Shown here: one piece after another, positions 36,883 through 49,314 of the stretch | Layout: every line of letters starts with the position of its first letter | How positions within the stretch are numbered: the first letter of the stretch is position 1 | NCBI GenBank assembly: GCA_905178155.1 | Contig: CAJINV010000008.1 | Coordinates: 3,931,420 to 3,995,419 of the forward strand | DNA length: 64,000 bases | Direction of reading: 5' to 3' | Source of the DNA: Amoebophrya sp. A120 | Lineage: Eukaryota > Protista > Dinoflagellata | Notes under the pieces: generated by a model | What the model saw: only the letters and a program-made list of their open reading frames with translations | What the model was told of the DNA's origin: nothing | Database searches by the model: none | Position numbers and translations under genes: made by a program

Positions 36883-39800
36883 ACGACGAGTAGCACTTCT
36901 ACAATCGGAATCGGACAACTGATGAAAATAAGCAAAAAGATGTTTGGAGAAGATGGAGAAAAATAAAAACACTTCTTCCACATCCTTCTACTCATGTCGT
37001 CTCCGAGGAACAGCTCTGCTTGTTGAAAACGTCGTCCAGAAACAATCAACATACTTCTTCAACTTCTACTTCTTACACGAAGTTCCATTGCTTCGCGCGT
37101 TTGAAGCACCAGGGAACTGCACTTACAATAACATCAACATCAACTACTCCACGCCAGCGACGGAGCTACGAAAATAAGTCACCTGGTGACTGTAGCAACT
37201 TCTGGCGCTCGTCCGTCCTCTCTGGCATTGTTCCGGGAAGATTATGTGTTCGCGAATTTAACAACTCGACAGGAAGCACATCATGATACATTTTGCGCTG
37301 CTGGATTCATCAATTTCCGGCTATTTCTGATGCAGAAACTACAGAAATTCGTCGCTCTTCTTCTCTCTCAGCTCCTGTAGTAGATGTCTCACAAGAAGAA
37401 CAACAATTTACAACAGAACTTCATCGGTCGCCTGCCGGTCTTTAGCTGCGACTAGACCTAATCTATCATCTTCATAATGCTATTAAAATGTAGCTTAGCA
37501 TTGTGGATTTTCGTTCACCTGAACGTCAAAAAACAACTTCTTCTTCTTCTCTTTCAAAAAACAACTGCATCATGGTGCTTCTTCGCGGTGTGGAGATGGG
37601 AACAGTGGCGGGCGAAAGTGAACGAAAGTAAGACGAACGTGTGAAATCTTATGGGCGGCGCAAACAACTTCTTCGCGAGGGTACTAGAAGAAGCAACAAG
37701 AAAGACAACACTTAGGAGACTCCAGACTTGAGCGACATCAAGACGACCATTCCTCCGGTCGTTCCCGTTGTACTTCTACCCGACGAGGACGACTCTGTGA
37801 GGAATAGAAGTTGTAGGGGAACATGTTTCTTCCGGGCTCTCTTCAGACTAATGCTGATAGATGTGAAGACGGCAGTAAGTAAGTATGTAGACAGGCCGTG
37901 CTTGTCGTGGCTGAGGCAATTGCTCTTTTCCAGGTAATGTCGTCCTCCAACAAGCACAAGCACCGAGGGAGATTACAGAATTGTGCCTGATGTAATATAA
38001 GAATCGAGCACGCCTCCAGAACCAGAAGAGCTATTCTTTTCTCCATGTTCATTTCCTGCTTCTGTTGCATAGTAGAGGCCATAGACTGTCGCATAGAGGA
38101 AGCCGTGCTTTATAGTGCTTGTGCTTGAAGATTTTTAGATTTTTTCGAAAAAATTAAATTATGGCTACGGTGCTTTTTTTTCAAGTTACCGTGAGAAGCC
38201 AGCGCTCTTGAGCTGTAGTTGCAAGGACTGCTTGTAGAACAAGTGCTATTTCTTCAGTTTCAATTTTTCACGGAGAACTTGCGTCGGACTTTAGATTCGT
38301 TGGTACTTATCGCTTTCAGCAGCAGCCAAAAATTAATCTCGAAAAATAGCGACCTAGAACTTCCATGCATAGCTGGCACACTGTCACTGACAACATGGTC
38401 AACATGGTGCATCGGCACTGTATCACCCTGGTGCCCTGCCTACCTTACAACATCGGAGCTGCTCGAGCAGTTCCTCATACATATCGATCCTCGCGCTTTC
38501 GCGGTAGTTGCGGTTGTTCTCTTTTTCCATACTGGTATCACTGACACTGACTGTTTTCATCACATCTGGGGAAGGATAGAAGAATTTGAATTTACTGCGA
38601 TTTTCACTATATTAATATTTGTTCGAACAGTAGTTTTAGTTTTTACTTACAAGCTCTTTTATGCATCTTATCCTATTAACTTTCTTAGTCCGAGTGTCAC
38701 AGAAAATGTTGACAGCTACATTCCTGCAGCAAACTACACCTTCTTTCAGTATAAACTAAACAACTTGCAATGGCATTTTTATGTTATTCACCAAATATCT
38801 TCAGATAAGTTTAACTTTCTTACTTGGGGGGCAATGCGGCCAAAAATTGTACTTTTACTTTTCTTTTTTCGTTTTCCGCCGGTAATAATGCAACTTTTAC
38901 AGTCGGTAATGATGCAACTAGGATTAGTAGCGGTAGAGGTAGTAGGCTCTAGTACCGAAAATCGCTAAACTATGGACTTGCACCACCTGCTAGTGTGACA
39001 ATCAGAATTGTATACCTTTACCTGCCACGCCTAACTACTTTTAGTTTTAATTGGATGACCTCTTCGCATTTACCTCTTGGTCTTGACTCAGTGACAGCAG
39101 CGGCACAACGACAACGACGACATTTCCTGTCACCGTAAATTATTCCCTTGTTTTCATAGCTACCTTTCTTTGACCACTCAGAGGTTATCTTCTGCTGCTG
39201 CTGCTGCTCGGTATTAAAATAGGACTTTTCGTTCCGGTTTTTACCGAAAATAAATGATATCGTCCAACGAGGAAGAACTTCGCTTTGTACAGAATTTCTT
39301 TTGGGGAACACTTGAACCACTCGCAGGAGATGTTGTAATGCGATGCTATCACAAAAAGTAACGAACACTGTGAACATTATACTTGATTCCAGCAAAGCAA
39401 CACACTCGGAGACTGGCCGCCAGCAGCTAGCGCAACGCGATTCGATGTTGTCGTAATATGTGTAGCTCCACGTAGAAGTAGTTGCTTCAATCAATATCAG
39501 TTGTGATTCGAGGAGATTATTTCACAGCGTTGCAGCGCCTGCTTTCGACATTTATTTTCATTTTCATGCTGATATAATTTCATTCGGTGGGATCGCGATC
39601 TTCGTCCATGGTATGTAAGAATTCATCAACATTTCGACGTACGTCTTCGTTGCACCGCAAATATTTTTTTCTCCGTTGCTAGGCCTTGGCATTTTCAATC
39701 ATGTTGCTCGTCGTGAGATGAGCATACTTAAACAAATAAGTAAGTACCAAAGTGGTGTCCTTCTGCTTCCACGACAACGAACTAGTGCCTAAAGGTAAAG

Positions 39801-40627
39801 CCGAATCGTAAATGAAAAAACAATTATCGTGTGTGCTCAACATCGTGCACGCGGGTGCCATTGTTCGACGAGAATGTCGTCTTTCGTCTGTAGCTATCTG
39901 GGACAAAATAAATGCAATCGTCGTAAAGCTGCCAAGTGGTCCAAGCTCCCTTGTCGGTCTGCTTTCTTGCTCACGTGGACTGGTTGACGTGACAACGGGG
40001 ACCGTGGTAATATTATGTCACTGATGTATAGAAAATAAAAATTTTTTTCTTTTTGAAATTGGGCTGGGTCGGGAAGAATATACTTACTAGATACAACGAG
40101 CTTGCGGACTACAAGACGAGGTCACCAGCACGATTTATTTTCCCAAGCAGAAACTACATTATTTTCTAGTATTAGAACTAGACACGTAGAAGAGGACAGA
40201 AAGCTGCGAAGGTAATTAGTTAGAAGCAAGGCCGAAATCAGTATCAGCAGTGGAGGTGCAACTACAACAACTACAACTGCAGAAAACTTCTCCTGTCTAT
40301 GCAATGCCAATGATTCCACGTCACTTCTCGTTGTCGTTCTCATTCAACCTCCGGAGGGCAGCCACGTAAAAATCGGCTTAAGTTCTTCGTGGACCGAGAC
40401 TCTGGGTAAAAACTAATGTAACTCAAGCAGAAGCTGAAGCCGGCCGTGCTCCACCACCACAACTACTCGGCTAAAACTCGCTTGCTTTTTCCGACCATCA
40501 ATACACTGGACGCTGCTTGGATAGGAGAATTCTCCGAGGACAGGGCCGTCGACGTAAAATGCCGGTCTCGAACACCGATCCCCTTCTACGCACGGATGGG
40601 TTCCGCAGGTCAAGATCCTCCACCCCC

Positions 40628-41430
40628 ATGTCGGGACAGGCGCTCGTGGAGAAATTCTCCAAGACTTACTCCGACAGGTATAGATCGATCCCTGCCAACA
40701 TGTGGCACTTATGTGGTTCTAGTCGTCTATCTGTGCTGCAGCTGAATCAGAAACTATAACTAACAAAATCGACGACAAAAACTCAAATAAAGAAAAATAA
40801 GGCAAACGAAGCACGACCTTTGTTCATCATCCCGTATAAGTCACTCTTTCTCCATAAAGATCGATCCTCATGATGAAGCTGGAACACCAACATTTTCTCT
40901 TCTATCAGGTTCAATTTCGTGACCCATTCCCCACCCAAGTTCAGCATGCGACCTCGCGTGAATTTTGGCGCGATGCCCGCCTTGTCCGACGGCGGGAAGT
41001 ACACGATAAAGAGAAAAAAGTCCGCCATAGACCGAACCTTTCGAAAACACGTAAGAAGTTGGTCCGCGACCGATGTCAACGTGTGGTTTAAGGACGCGCT
41101 CACGAGAAGAGACCGGACCGAGCTGCTGTCACATATTCCGCCGATCGAAAGCGAACTGGATGGGAAGGAAATATTGACCTGGACGAAGTACTGCTAATTA
41201 TTTTTCTGATGCATATAAAAAAAAGCACTTGCACTACAATGAATGAACAAGTTCCAGTGCAGCGTGAGAAAGCTGTGCGTGAGAAATTTCAATTGGTTAT
41301 GTGAATAAAGAACTCAAATTCTATCAGGGCCAAGTTTCGGGACGATGTTTGCCGTGGAGATGGAGAACTGGGAGCTAGTTTGTGGTCAGAATTGCGGTTC
41401 AACATAGAGGAATATCTCGCCATATCCATT
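40628..41430 (+). CDS. Multi-exon segment with SAM-like motif (may belong to the downstream gene)
   Basis: VRSWSATDVNVWF...LDGKEILTWT resembles a SAM domain; boundaries uncertain. Confidence 0.4.
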
Positions 41431-42093
41431 GCAAATATCATGTCTGAGGCGGCTGGACAAATGAAAAAGTTTTTCATTTTCATCGTCCAGGTTTTTTTCC
41501 ATCATGCTCGCCGGCGACGGCCAACACGTTGCCTGGAATGCAGCGTCTTGTAGTATTTTTACATACTGATACATCATGATATAGGAGAAGATAGTGATAG
41601 AGGTAGTACTTCGAGAGCTTATTTCACGCACCAGAAGGCCTTATTCTTCATGAGGGGTTGCCACCTTTCAGCGTGACGTGGCTACATCTGTCGAGCATCA
41701 CAAGTTTACTCCTTTCCAGACGCAGGAGACATATTTTCAATGCATACACTACGCACGGCTACGACGATCTGGCGCACGCCGTGAACTTCACAAAGTACTA
41801 ACTCCTGTTGATGTAGCACTAGTGCGACTGCGAGTGCCTCTCTCTGTTTACAATAACAATCGCCACACATGCACATGGTCGTGCTGATGCACTAGTCATA
41901 GCATGTTTGATGTTTCAAAATCAAAAGCAAAACTCTCACGAAGCAGCGACTTTCTTGTCGTTCTTGTTGCGCCACAACTCCTCCAGCGCGCAGGTCACTT
42001 CGCTTGTCGGGCGTCGAGTTGTCTGATGAAGTAGAAGTGTAAAAACGATTCTATTTCGAGATGATGAAAATTATCCCACCTCCGCTCCTGCAG

Positions 42094-43127
42094 GTATTGC
42101 GCCCCCCGTTGGTCCTGTCGCGGCATGCTGGACAAGCAGAAGAAGGGCACCGAGCCACCCGGCCCCGGTCGCTACCGCGCCCCGAGCTCCCTGGGCATGT
42201 CGGAATCCGGAAAAGGCCACCCAACCATACGGCAACTCGGACGGTTCGCCATGCCGCAAGCAGAGAGGATGGCAAAACCCAACAAGAACCCGGGTCCGGG
42301 GGCCTACTTTACGCCGGTCGGGAAAGACCACAGGCTGGTCTGGGCGCCAAAGTGGAGCGTCACAGGAAGGGGGGACTGTACTTATCCTTTGTTATTCTGT
42401 TAATATTGTTTCATTGTTAAACGTTTTGGTTTTCCATTCCTTCGGATTCATACTTCTCGTTTTCTCAAGAGCAAGCAGGTTTTTGTACACCACTACTTAC
42501 ATTTGAAAAAATGAACAGCCGTCCTGGTAAACAAAGAGGGCGGCCCGCTCGGTGCTTACGACGTCGACAAGCTGACCCGAAACGGCCCCGTCACCGTCCC
42601 GGCCTGGAGTTTGAAGGCCCGCATAGAAGACAAGACTGTCGCGCAGCGCAGCCCTGGACCGGCACGCTACGACCAGTACGGGAGTAAGAAAAAGATGCCC
42701 GGCGGTATTGTGAGGAAAAAAATCCCCCCTCCCCATATCGAAAAGGCACACCTCAGAAAATTTGCCATGCTGATTTGCGACCACAAATCGTCTCTGTCTT
42801 GCAAGAAGGCAACCGCACAGGTCCCGCGGCATTATGTAGGCGGTTCGTGATGCTATTGGGCCTACAAAGTCGACGCTTTTCATGCTAATCACCTAGGCCA
42901 ACACCTCTCTACTCGGGCTTGATATGGGCCTGCAGTCCTCTACTGCAAGAGAGATCCGATTTGTGTAAGCAAATCCAGCATTTGAGACCTCGTTTCGATA
43001 TGGGAAGGGCGGATTTTTCCTTTTGATAGGCGGCGACTTCTGCTACTGGCCCACCCAGGGGGAGGAAACCTCCAAGAACATCACGCGGAAACCCGCCTGG
43101 TCCTTCCGCACGGCATGGCGGAAGTAG
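42094..43127 (+). CDS. SHIPPO/ODF3-like PGP-repeat (axonemal) protein, 3' exons
   Basis: PGPGRY, PGPGAY, PLGAY, SPGPARY with APKWS/PAWS motifs; introner removal gives MP-GG-DFCYW...PAWSFRTAWRK*. Confidence 0.75.
42706..43028. mobile_element. Introner (family B, inverted relative to 18515)
   Basis: TSD ggcgg; TIR aaaaatcccccctccccatatcgaaa / tttcgatatgggaagggcggattttt; interior is the reverse complement of 18515's interior. Confidence 0.9.
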
Positions 43128-44485
43128 AATATACAGTAAAACATCCTGTTTGATATATACGTTGTAATTACATCACGGCTTTTTTTCTCCAGAAGTAGAA
43201 GCCTGTGTCCGGTGTACAATAAACTCCCGTTTTGCGGGAAGATACAATCAGTTTGACGTAAATTTACCTCGAATAAAGACAATTTGAGCTAGCATTCGAC
43301 TCATAGTTATGGCCTTAATAATATCGGCATTTTTTGGCTAATCTTTGCTCATCACATTTTTGACTAGCTACTTTTTCGTTTTGATTTATGTACGATACGC
43401 ATGTGCATTGTTCAACCGGCATAATTCTGAAAAATGTACACTTGGCTTTGAAAATCATGGCAAGCAAAAGGATGGATTGATCCGCCTCTTCTTGAAGATG
43501 GTGGCTCTACTTGTATAATTGTTGGCATGCTACTTGGTGCTTGAAAATTATGACAGACTAGCATCGGCTACGCAAAAAAGCTCTCTTTCAGACAGCCTCT
43601 TCGCCTGCGATATCCAATGTAGAAGTACACATTGTGAGGCGTCAGAGGAACGTGGTCTGTGAGACCAGCACCCGACATCGTCCCCGTCATCAATCTGCCG
43701 GACGAAAGGATCTTCGAGGCGGGACCGGCGGGCGACCGCACGCACACAGATTTTAGTACTGCGTGGGATCCTCCCCGCGAGGACTAATAGTACGTAAATA
43801 CAAAGATGGAGTAGAGCGTTTTTATTTGCGTCTTTTTTTTTGCCGAGCGCGAGCCGGAATTTTTGGAATTCTGATCTTCGCGAGATTCAGTGCCGGTCGT
43901 TCGAAACGTCGCCCTGTGGAGCACTCTACTTCATTCGGTCTTTTTTTTCTTCGTGCAGAGAGCAGCGCATGATCTGCTCTACAAGCCATAATGGATGCTG
44001 CGCTTGCAGTTCCGCTGGATCACGATGAAGACGTTGCGATAGCAGCACGAGGTTCTCGGTTCCTTCAATTACCTCAGTACCCCCTTAATATTTGCTTTGG
44101 GCACTGGGCACCTCACCATTGATGTTTCACTTGGTGGATGATGACAGGGCTCTGCGAGCTATTACGGGTGTCTATTGTCTTAATATTTGCTTTGAAGATT
44201 TTACTTTTAGGAGGTCTCTTCAATGTCTTCATGGTGGTGGTCAGAAAAATAAGTAGTCAATTAGTGACGAGTGTCTCAACATGTGTTTGTAACATGTACA
44301 AAGATAGATGTTCAGGAACCATCGTCCGATATTAAAACCGTTTGTTAGAGGCACCAACGCAACATCATGTGGCAGATAACCATCTTTTCCATGTGGCGCA
44401 CGAGATGAGGATGATTTACTTCGTTTGAATAAACCCATTCTGAGCTGCTCCTCTCCGTGGTCCGTCGCAGAGAAATAGAAATAGC

Positions 44486-46821
44486 ATGGGCCAAGCCGTG
44501 TCTGCGCTTTCCCAGAAAGTCAAGCCCAACGCCAGTGCTTCGTCCGTCGTTCCGTCGCCCGCGAGTAAGCGCACTAAGGAGCTGCTGGACCAAGAGAATG
44601 AACAGCCGTGGATTACCGCGCCCTCCTTGCAGCACCTACGCTCCATTGTGGAACAGGCGGGGACAAGGATAAACTTGAACAGCTTCGAGGTAAAGGCGAC
44701 GATCGGAAAGGGAAATTTCGGCCGGGTCCGGATGGTGCGCTTCAAAAACTCGCCCGACACCACCCCGTTCGCGCTCAAGATCCTGCACAAAATGAAAATC
44801 GCGAACGAGTGGGGCGGCAGCATTTCCCACGCGGCCCGGGCAGTTTTGCGGGAGACAACAATCTTGCAAGCTGTGGAGAACCCGTTCATTGTGAACGTTT
44901 TGAAGGTACTGAGCGATATTGCACTCGTGAAAGAACAAGAGCCGTAAGCTTATGAAAAATTTTCTGTGCGCTATTTCTTCTACTTGTTGGACTCGTTACG
45001 TTCGTTCTGACTTCTTCATCAATAATTACGTATTCTGTGCTCCTGGTGGAGGAGAAGGCATTGGTTGATGTTGATCGGTAATCATGTACGTTCGCTGCGC
45101 CACCATCTTTTACTAGGTCTTCCATAACGAGAAGAAAGTTTTCATTCTGATGGAGTTCGTCAATGGCGGGGAGATGTTCCGGCTGATACACAAGACCAAC
45201 GGCCTCACGTTGGACCTGATCCAGTATTTCGGCGCCGAGATCGTGATCACAATGCGGCACCTGCATGACCGTTTCGTTTGCTACCGCGATCTGAAGCCCG
45301 AGAACGTGTTGCTCGACTATCCTCTGTAAAAACGCCCTCAGATGACCACAGTCGAGGTCGGAAAGAACCTGCTATACAGTTTCAGTCCAATAAGTTTTGC
45401 TTTTGGCTGCTGCCGCGCATGACAAGTTTGAGTCTGTGGTGTAGTACTACGGGGACGGTTTTTCAGAGGATGCTGGTTGCTCCGGCCACATCAAGCTGAT
45501 TGACTTTGGTTTGGCGAAGATCCTGGAAAAGCAGAACGATTTCAAGACCCGCACCTGCTGTGGCACCCTGTGCTACCAAGCGCCGGAGGTCATTCTCAAC
45601 AAGGAGTACTCGTTTCAAGTCGACTGGTGGGGCGTTGGCGCCTTCATTTTCGAAATGATGAGCGGAAAAGCGCCCTTTGGCAACGACAACACCTTCGCAA
45701 TACAGCAACGTACCAACATATTCATTTTCATATCTGATTCACATTTATGGATTTTCGAGTTTTTCCTTGCACAACGCCGCCTTTAGCTTGGTCGTGTGTT
45801 TTGTTGGTCATCAAGAAGCAAACAAAAACTTCTCCTCGCGCATCCGTGGTTGATCTCTGTGAGAATCAATTTATGCAGCGGACCCTGCTTTTATTTCTAT
45901 GAAGAACCATCGCCATGCATGATGCAAAAAGAAAAACAATCAAAATTTGCACCAAAAAAAAGGTATCCTCTCCACCTCCATCCTGTGGCCAAAATCCCGA
46001 GACGTTGCCCTGGTGCGCAACAAGCCGCTCTCTTCTATGGCGTTCTCAACTGTTACATTCTCAACTGTTACATGAATTCGCGATGCAAGAATGGCAAAAG
46101 TCAAAGGGGTGACCTTGCGCGTCTAGCATGACAGATTTGGCACAGATTCTCAGCCTGTTTGGCTCTTCGAGAATTTGTCATGCGGAGCAGCTTGATCGTA
46201 TCAGTTCTAATTGTGATTTTGCATGACAAATCGTGTAACAGTTGAGAATGTAACGTCTGAGAACGCCATATCTTCGCTCATTTCCCAGTTTCTGACGCAG
46301 AAACCGGAAAAGCGGCTGGGATCCGCCGATCCCATGAAGATCGAGAAGCACCCGTTCTTTCAAACGATCTACTTCGAGTCCATCCGGAAACGCGCCGTCA
46401 AGCCACCGTACCGACCGAATCTGTCCTCCGCGGAGGACTTCTCCATGTTTCCAAAATACGCCGAGTCGGTGGAGGACTCTATGCCGGACCTGTATCACGT
46501 GAAAAAATGTCTGGGTCTGGAAGAATGGAAGGCTTGTCATGCTTGTCTGGCATGACCCATGATGCTTGTATAATGCATGACCCAGCATCACAGATTTTTG
46601 GAAAGCTTCCTGATGCCATTTCCGCATGACAAATGCCCTCCTTGCGTAGCACAAATGTGGCTCCTCTTGCTGGTCAACATGCAATACAGATTCTTTTAGA
46701 GTCCAAAGCTAGCATCACAAGTTCCAACTTTCCAGACCCAGACATTTTTACATTTGATAACCTGAGTAAAAAGGACAAACAGGCCTGGATCCACGAGTTG
46801 AATATGCCGCTGTGTCATTAG
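44486..46821 (+). CDS. AGC-group, PKA-catalytic-subunit-like Ser/Thr kinase
   Basis: MG start, GKGNFG, FALK, MEFVNGGEMF, YRDLKPENVLLD, GHIKLIDFGLAK, CGTLCYQAPE, VDWWGVG, KRLG, HPFF, VKPPYRP; two GT-AG introns (44906-45116, 45710-45962) plus three introners. Confidence 0.92.
45318..45472. mobile_element. Introner (family A-like ends, TSD diverged)
   Basis: tatcctctgtaaaaacgccc / gggacggtttttcagaggatg; removing element plus 5 nt restores VLLD-CSGHIKLIDFG. Confidence 0.85.
46036..46270. mobile_element. Introner (family E)
   Basis: TIR tatggcgttctca...gttacattctcaactgttaca; TSD tcttc; removal gives NKPL-SS-LISQFL. Confidence 0.92.
46493..46759. mobile_element. Introner (family D, inverted relative to 61629)
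   Basis: TIR aaaaatgtctgggtctggaa; TSD acctg; removal gives MP-DL-SKKD. Confidence 0.92.
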
Positions 46822-47736
46822 AACCCATGTTGAGGCCGCCGCCGCCTATCGTAGTATACAAACCAAAATCAAAATGAAATATAAGATCAGTGGCAGTATT
46901 TCAACGTGTAGTTTTTGGAGGCAAACTCCTTGAACAACAGTAACAAAAACAAATTTTCTGGTAGTGGTAGCTTAGAGTAAAAACCTACAGCACTGGAATG
47001 CTGTCAGGGCGTCGTGTTTGAAATGATATATCCATCTTGTGCCAGTTGTAGTGTAGCAGAAACTGAAAAATGGGCTGACTCAAACTCTTGTATGTGTATG
47101 ATGCGAATAAGATATGTCCATGATTGTAAAATGGCTTCGAAAATCAAAATTCGAATTTCTCAATGTCAACTCCCAAGGTCGCGGCGAAGGAGGGTCCTCT
47201 CTTTTCTTCTGTTCATCGATCCGTGTTTCTTCCTTGGTTCTGCTTGAGTTTTGAGGAAGAAGAATTCGTAAAAAAGCTCGTCGTTCTCATCTCGTGAAAC
47301 AAGGCAACGACCCAGAGAGAAAGTAAATTCATCCATCGCGCTTGAAGGGAACTCTTTGTGCAAGCTCGTTCTGGGAGAAAAATTTGACCACCACCACGAC
47401 ATCAAGACCATTATGACTCGAATTACGTTTAGTTGCGGTAGAGGTCGTCGTCGTGGTGGTCCAAAATCATCTGTCAAGTCGCAAACGTCGTGCCATTTGT
47501 TTTTATGCTTTCTTGCAACATTCCGTCGTAGAAGGAGAAGCAGATCACGATCCGGTGGTTTGTACATGATTGTTTCTCCAGTATTCCTTTCTGCTTTGGC
47601 CACCGCAGTTGAGGTTTCATTAGTTTTCAATTTCATCATTCAAAGCACCAACATTATAAGATCCGGAAACAGTACGCGGTAAAAATTTGAATTTCGACCC
47701 CGGACCTCGAGATTTTTTATCTTGTACGAGCAAAAC

Positions 47737-48187
47737 ATGGTAGAATTCGATGACAGCGAGGAAGAGGGCAATAGCCCCGGCGCTGGAGCAGCTGGAAAGA
47801 AAGGCGGGAAGGATCCAACACAGGCAGTGAAAGGTACTATTCCATCTACTTGATTGATGTTACGTCAAAGGCTCTGGCACAGTAATAAGACTGAAGACAG
47901 CAGTTTGGTATATTAGGAACCAGCAGGCAGCCCCCACCTCCAGGGTTATTTGTGATTGAACGTCTTTCTCATGTTCTTGGTAAAAGTATCCTCCTTCTTG
48001 TCCACCAGATCTCATGAAGCTTGCCCGAGGGAAGCTGGATAACACCAAGAAGCAGCTGGACGCGAACAGCGACAAGGTGCAGCTTTTGAAATCCGAGTTC
48101 AAAACCTTGAAGAGGCAAAACGTGCACCTTGCGAAGCAGCAGCAGGGCGCCATACAAGAGCTCGAAGCAGGACTGACAACCAAATGA
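47737..48187 (+). CDS. Small coiled-coil protein (2 exons)
   Basis: MVEFDDSEEE...AVK, GT-AG intron 47834-48008, DLMKLARGKLDNTKKQLD...LTTK*. Confidence 0.6.
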
Positions 48188-49314
48188 TCTTGATTTCGAT
48201 TTCTTGGAAGAGGATCAACATCATAGGCTTCAATTTTATCAGGAGTAGGTGATGAATGAACAAGGTCGCGGACGAGACTTCTCAGGAATTTAGTTTCCGA
48301 CCAGCTCCTCGAATAAAGCACCCTTGCTGCGCAGGCGCAGAAAAAAAAGTTAACATGTTGAAAACCGGGCTCGTTGGGGAGAAAGAGAAACGACTCTTCA
48401 CCCTCGTTGTTTGGACGTTAAGCGAATCCGAATCAAAATTCCGTGTGTGCCTGGGGCTGGGGCTTGAGAGAAGCCGACCGACCAAGTGAGCTGTACTTGT
48501 GTTCACTCAGTGCCCAGAAGATCGCTGGTCTATATTAATCCGGCGCTAGATGCAGCAGCTATGAAGGTTTTGACTATCGTGGATCAGTATGAACTCGATG
48601 ACAATGTATCAGATACAGATTTTATTTCTATCCGTACAATTATAAAATTATCGAGGATGTCGTCAATGAGGTCTGTGATACCCATCAAAGCGGTCGCTCG
48701 GTAGTACGTGTGTAGCGAATAAATAGCACTGGCATGGATATTAAGTCGGCAATGTTTTCGGTCGTGGTGGAGTTGGAGCTTTGAATGATTCCGCTGCCAG
48801 TCATCTCTGGTGTGTGATGACGCTCTGTCAGTCACACCAAGTGGCTTCCGTGTAGTAGCTTCCAAAGTGGAGTACGAGTAAATCGGTGCTGATATTAAAA
48901 TAAAAAAATCGGTGGTCGTGAAGATGTTGATGTAGTGTATTCTAAGCCCGCCCGACGTTCGGTCAATATACTCAGCTTTCGTTCATATGGTTTCGGACGG
49001 TCATGGCTATGCATATCCAGGAATAAAAAAATCAGTATTCGTAATTGTATTTTTTGAATTGTCTTCTCACAAAGCACCGTACGCCTGATACTAACTCGTA
49101 CTACTCACAATGAATCAACAAACAGTCCCGTTGTACGACCCCGACGAGTACATCAACATCATCCCACCGAATTAAGTTTTTCTTTATTCGCTACGTAGTA
49201 TTTATCCTATTCCCCCAACTGTATTCTCACTTATTAAAATTCGTTGATCTTTGAGCGACAAGGAATGTTGCGACACATCATCAACCCACGAACACGACAG
49301 CACCATCAATCATC

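Noticed and set aside
38219-38968. 249-aa + strand ORF, or a minus-strand exon (MEKENNRNYRESARIDMYEELLEQL)
   Set aside because: Neither reading gives a supportable gene model; left unannotated.
42854-43052. Apparent second inverted repeat (gggcc...aagtcg)
   Set aside because: Better explained by the 42706-43028 introner and the following exon.
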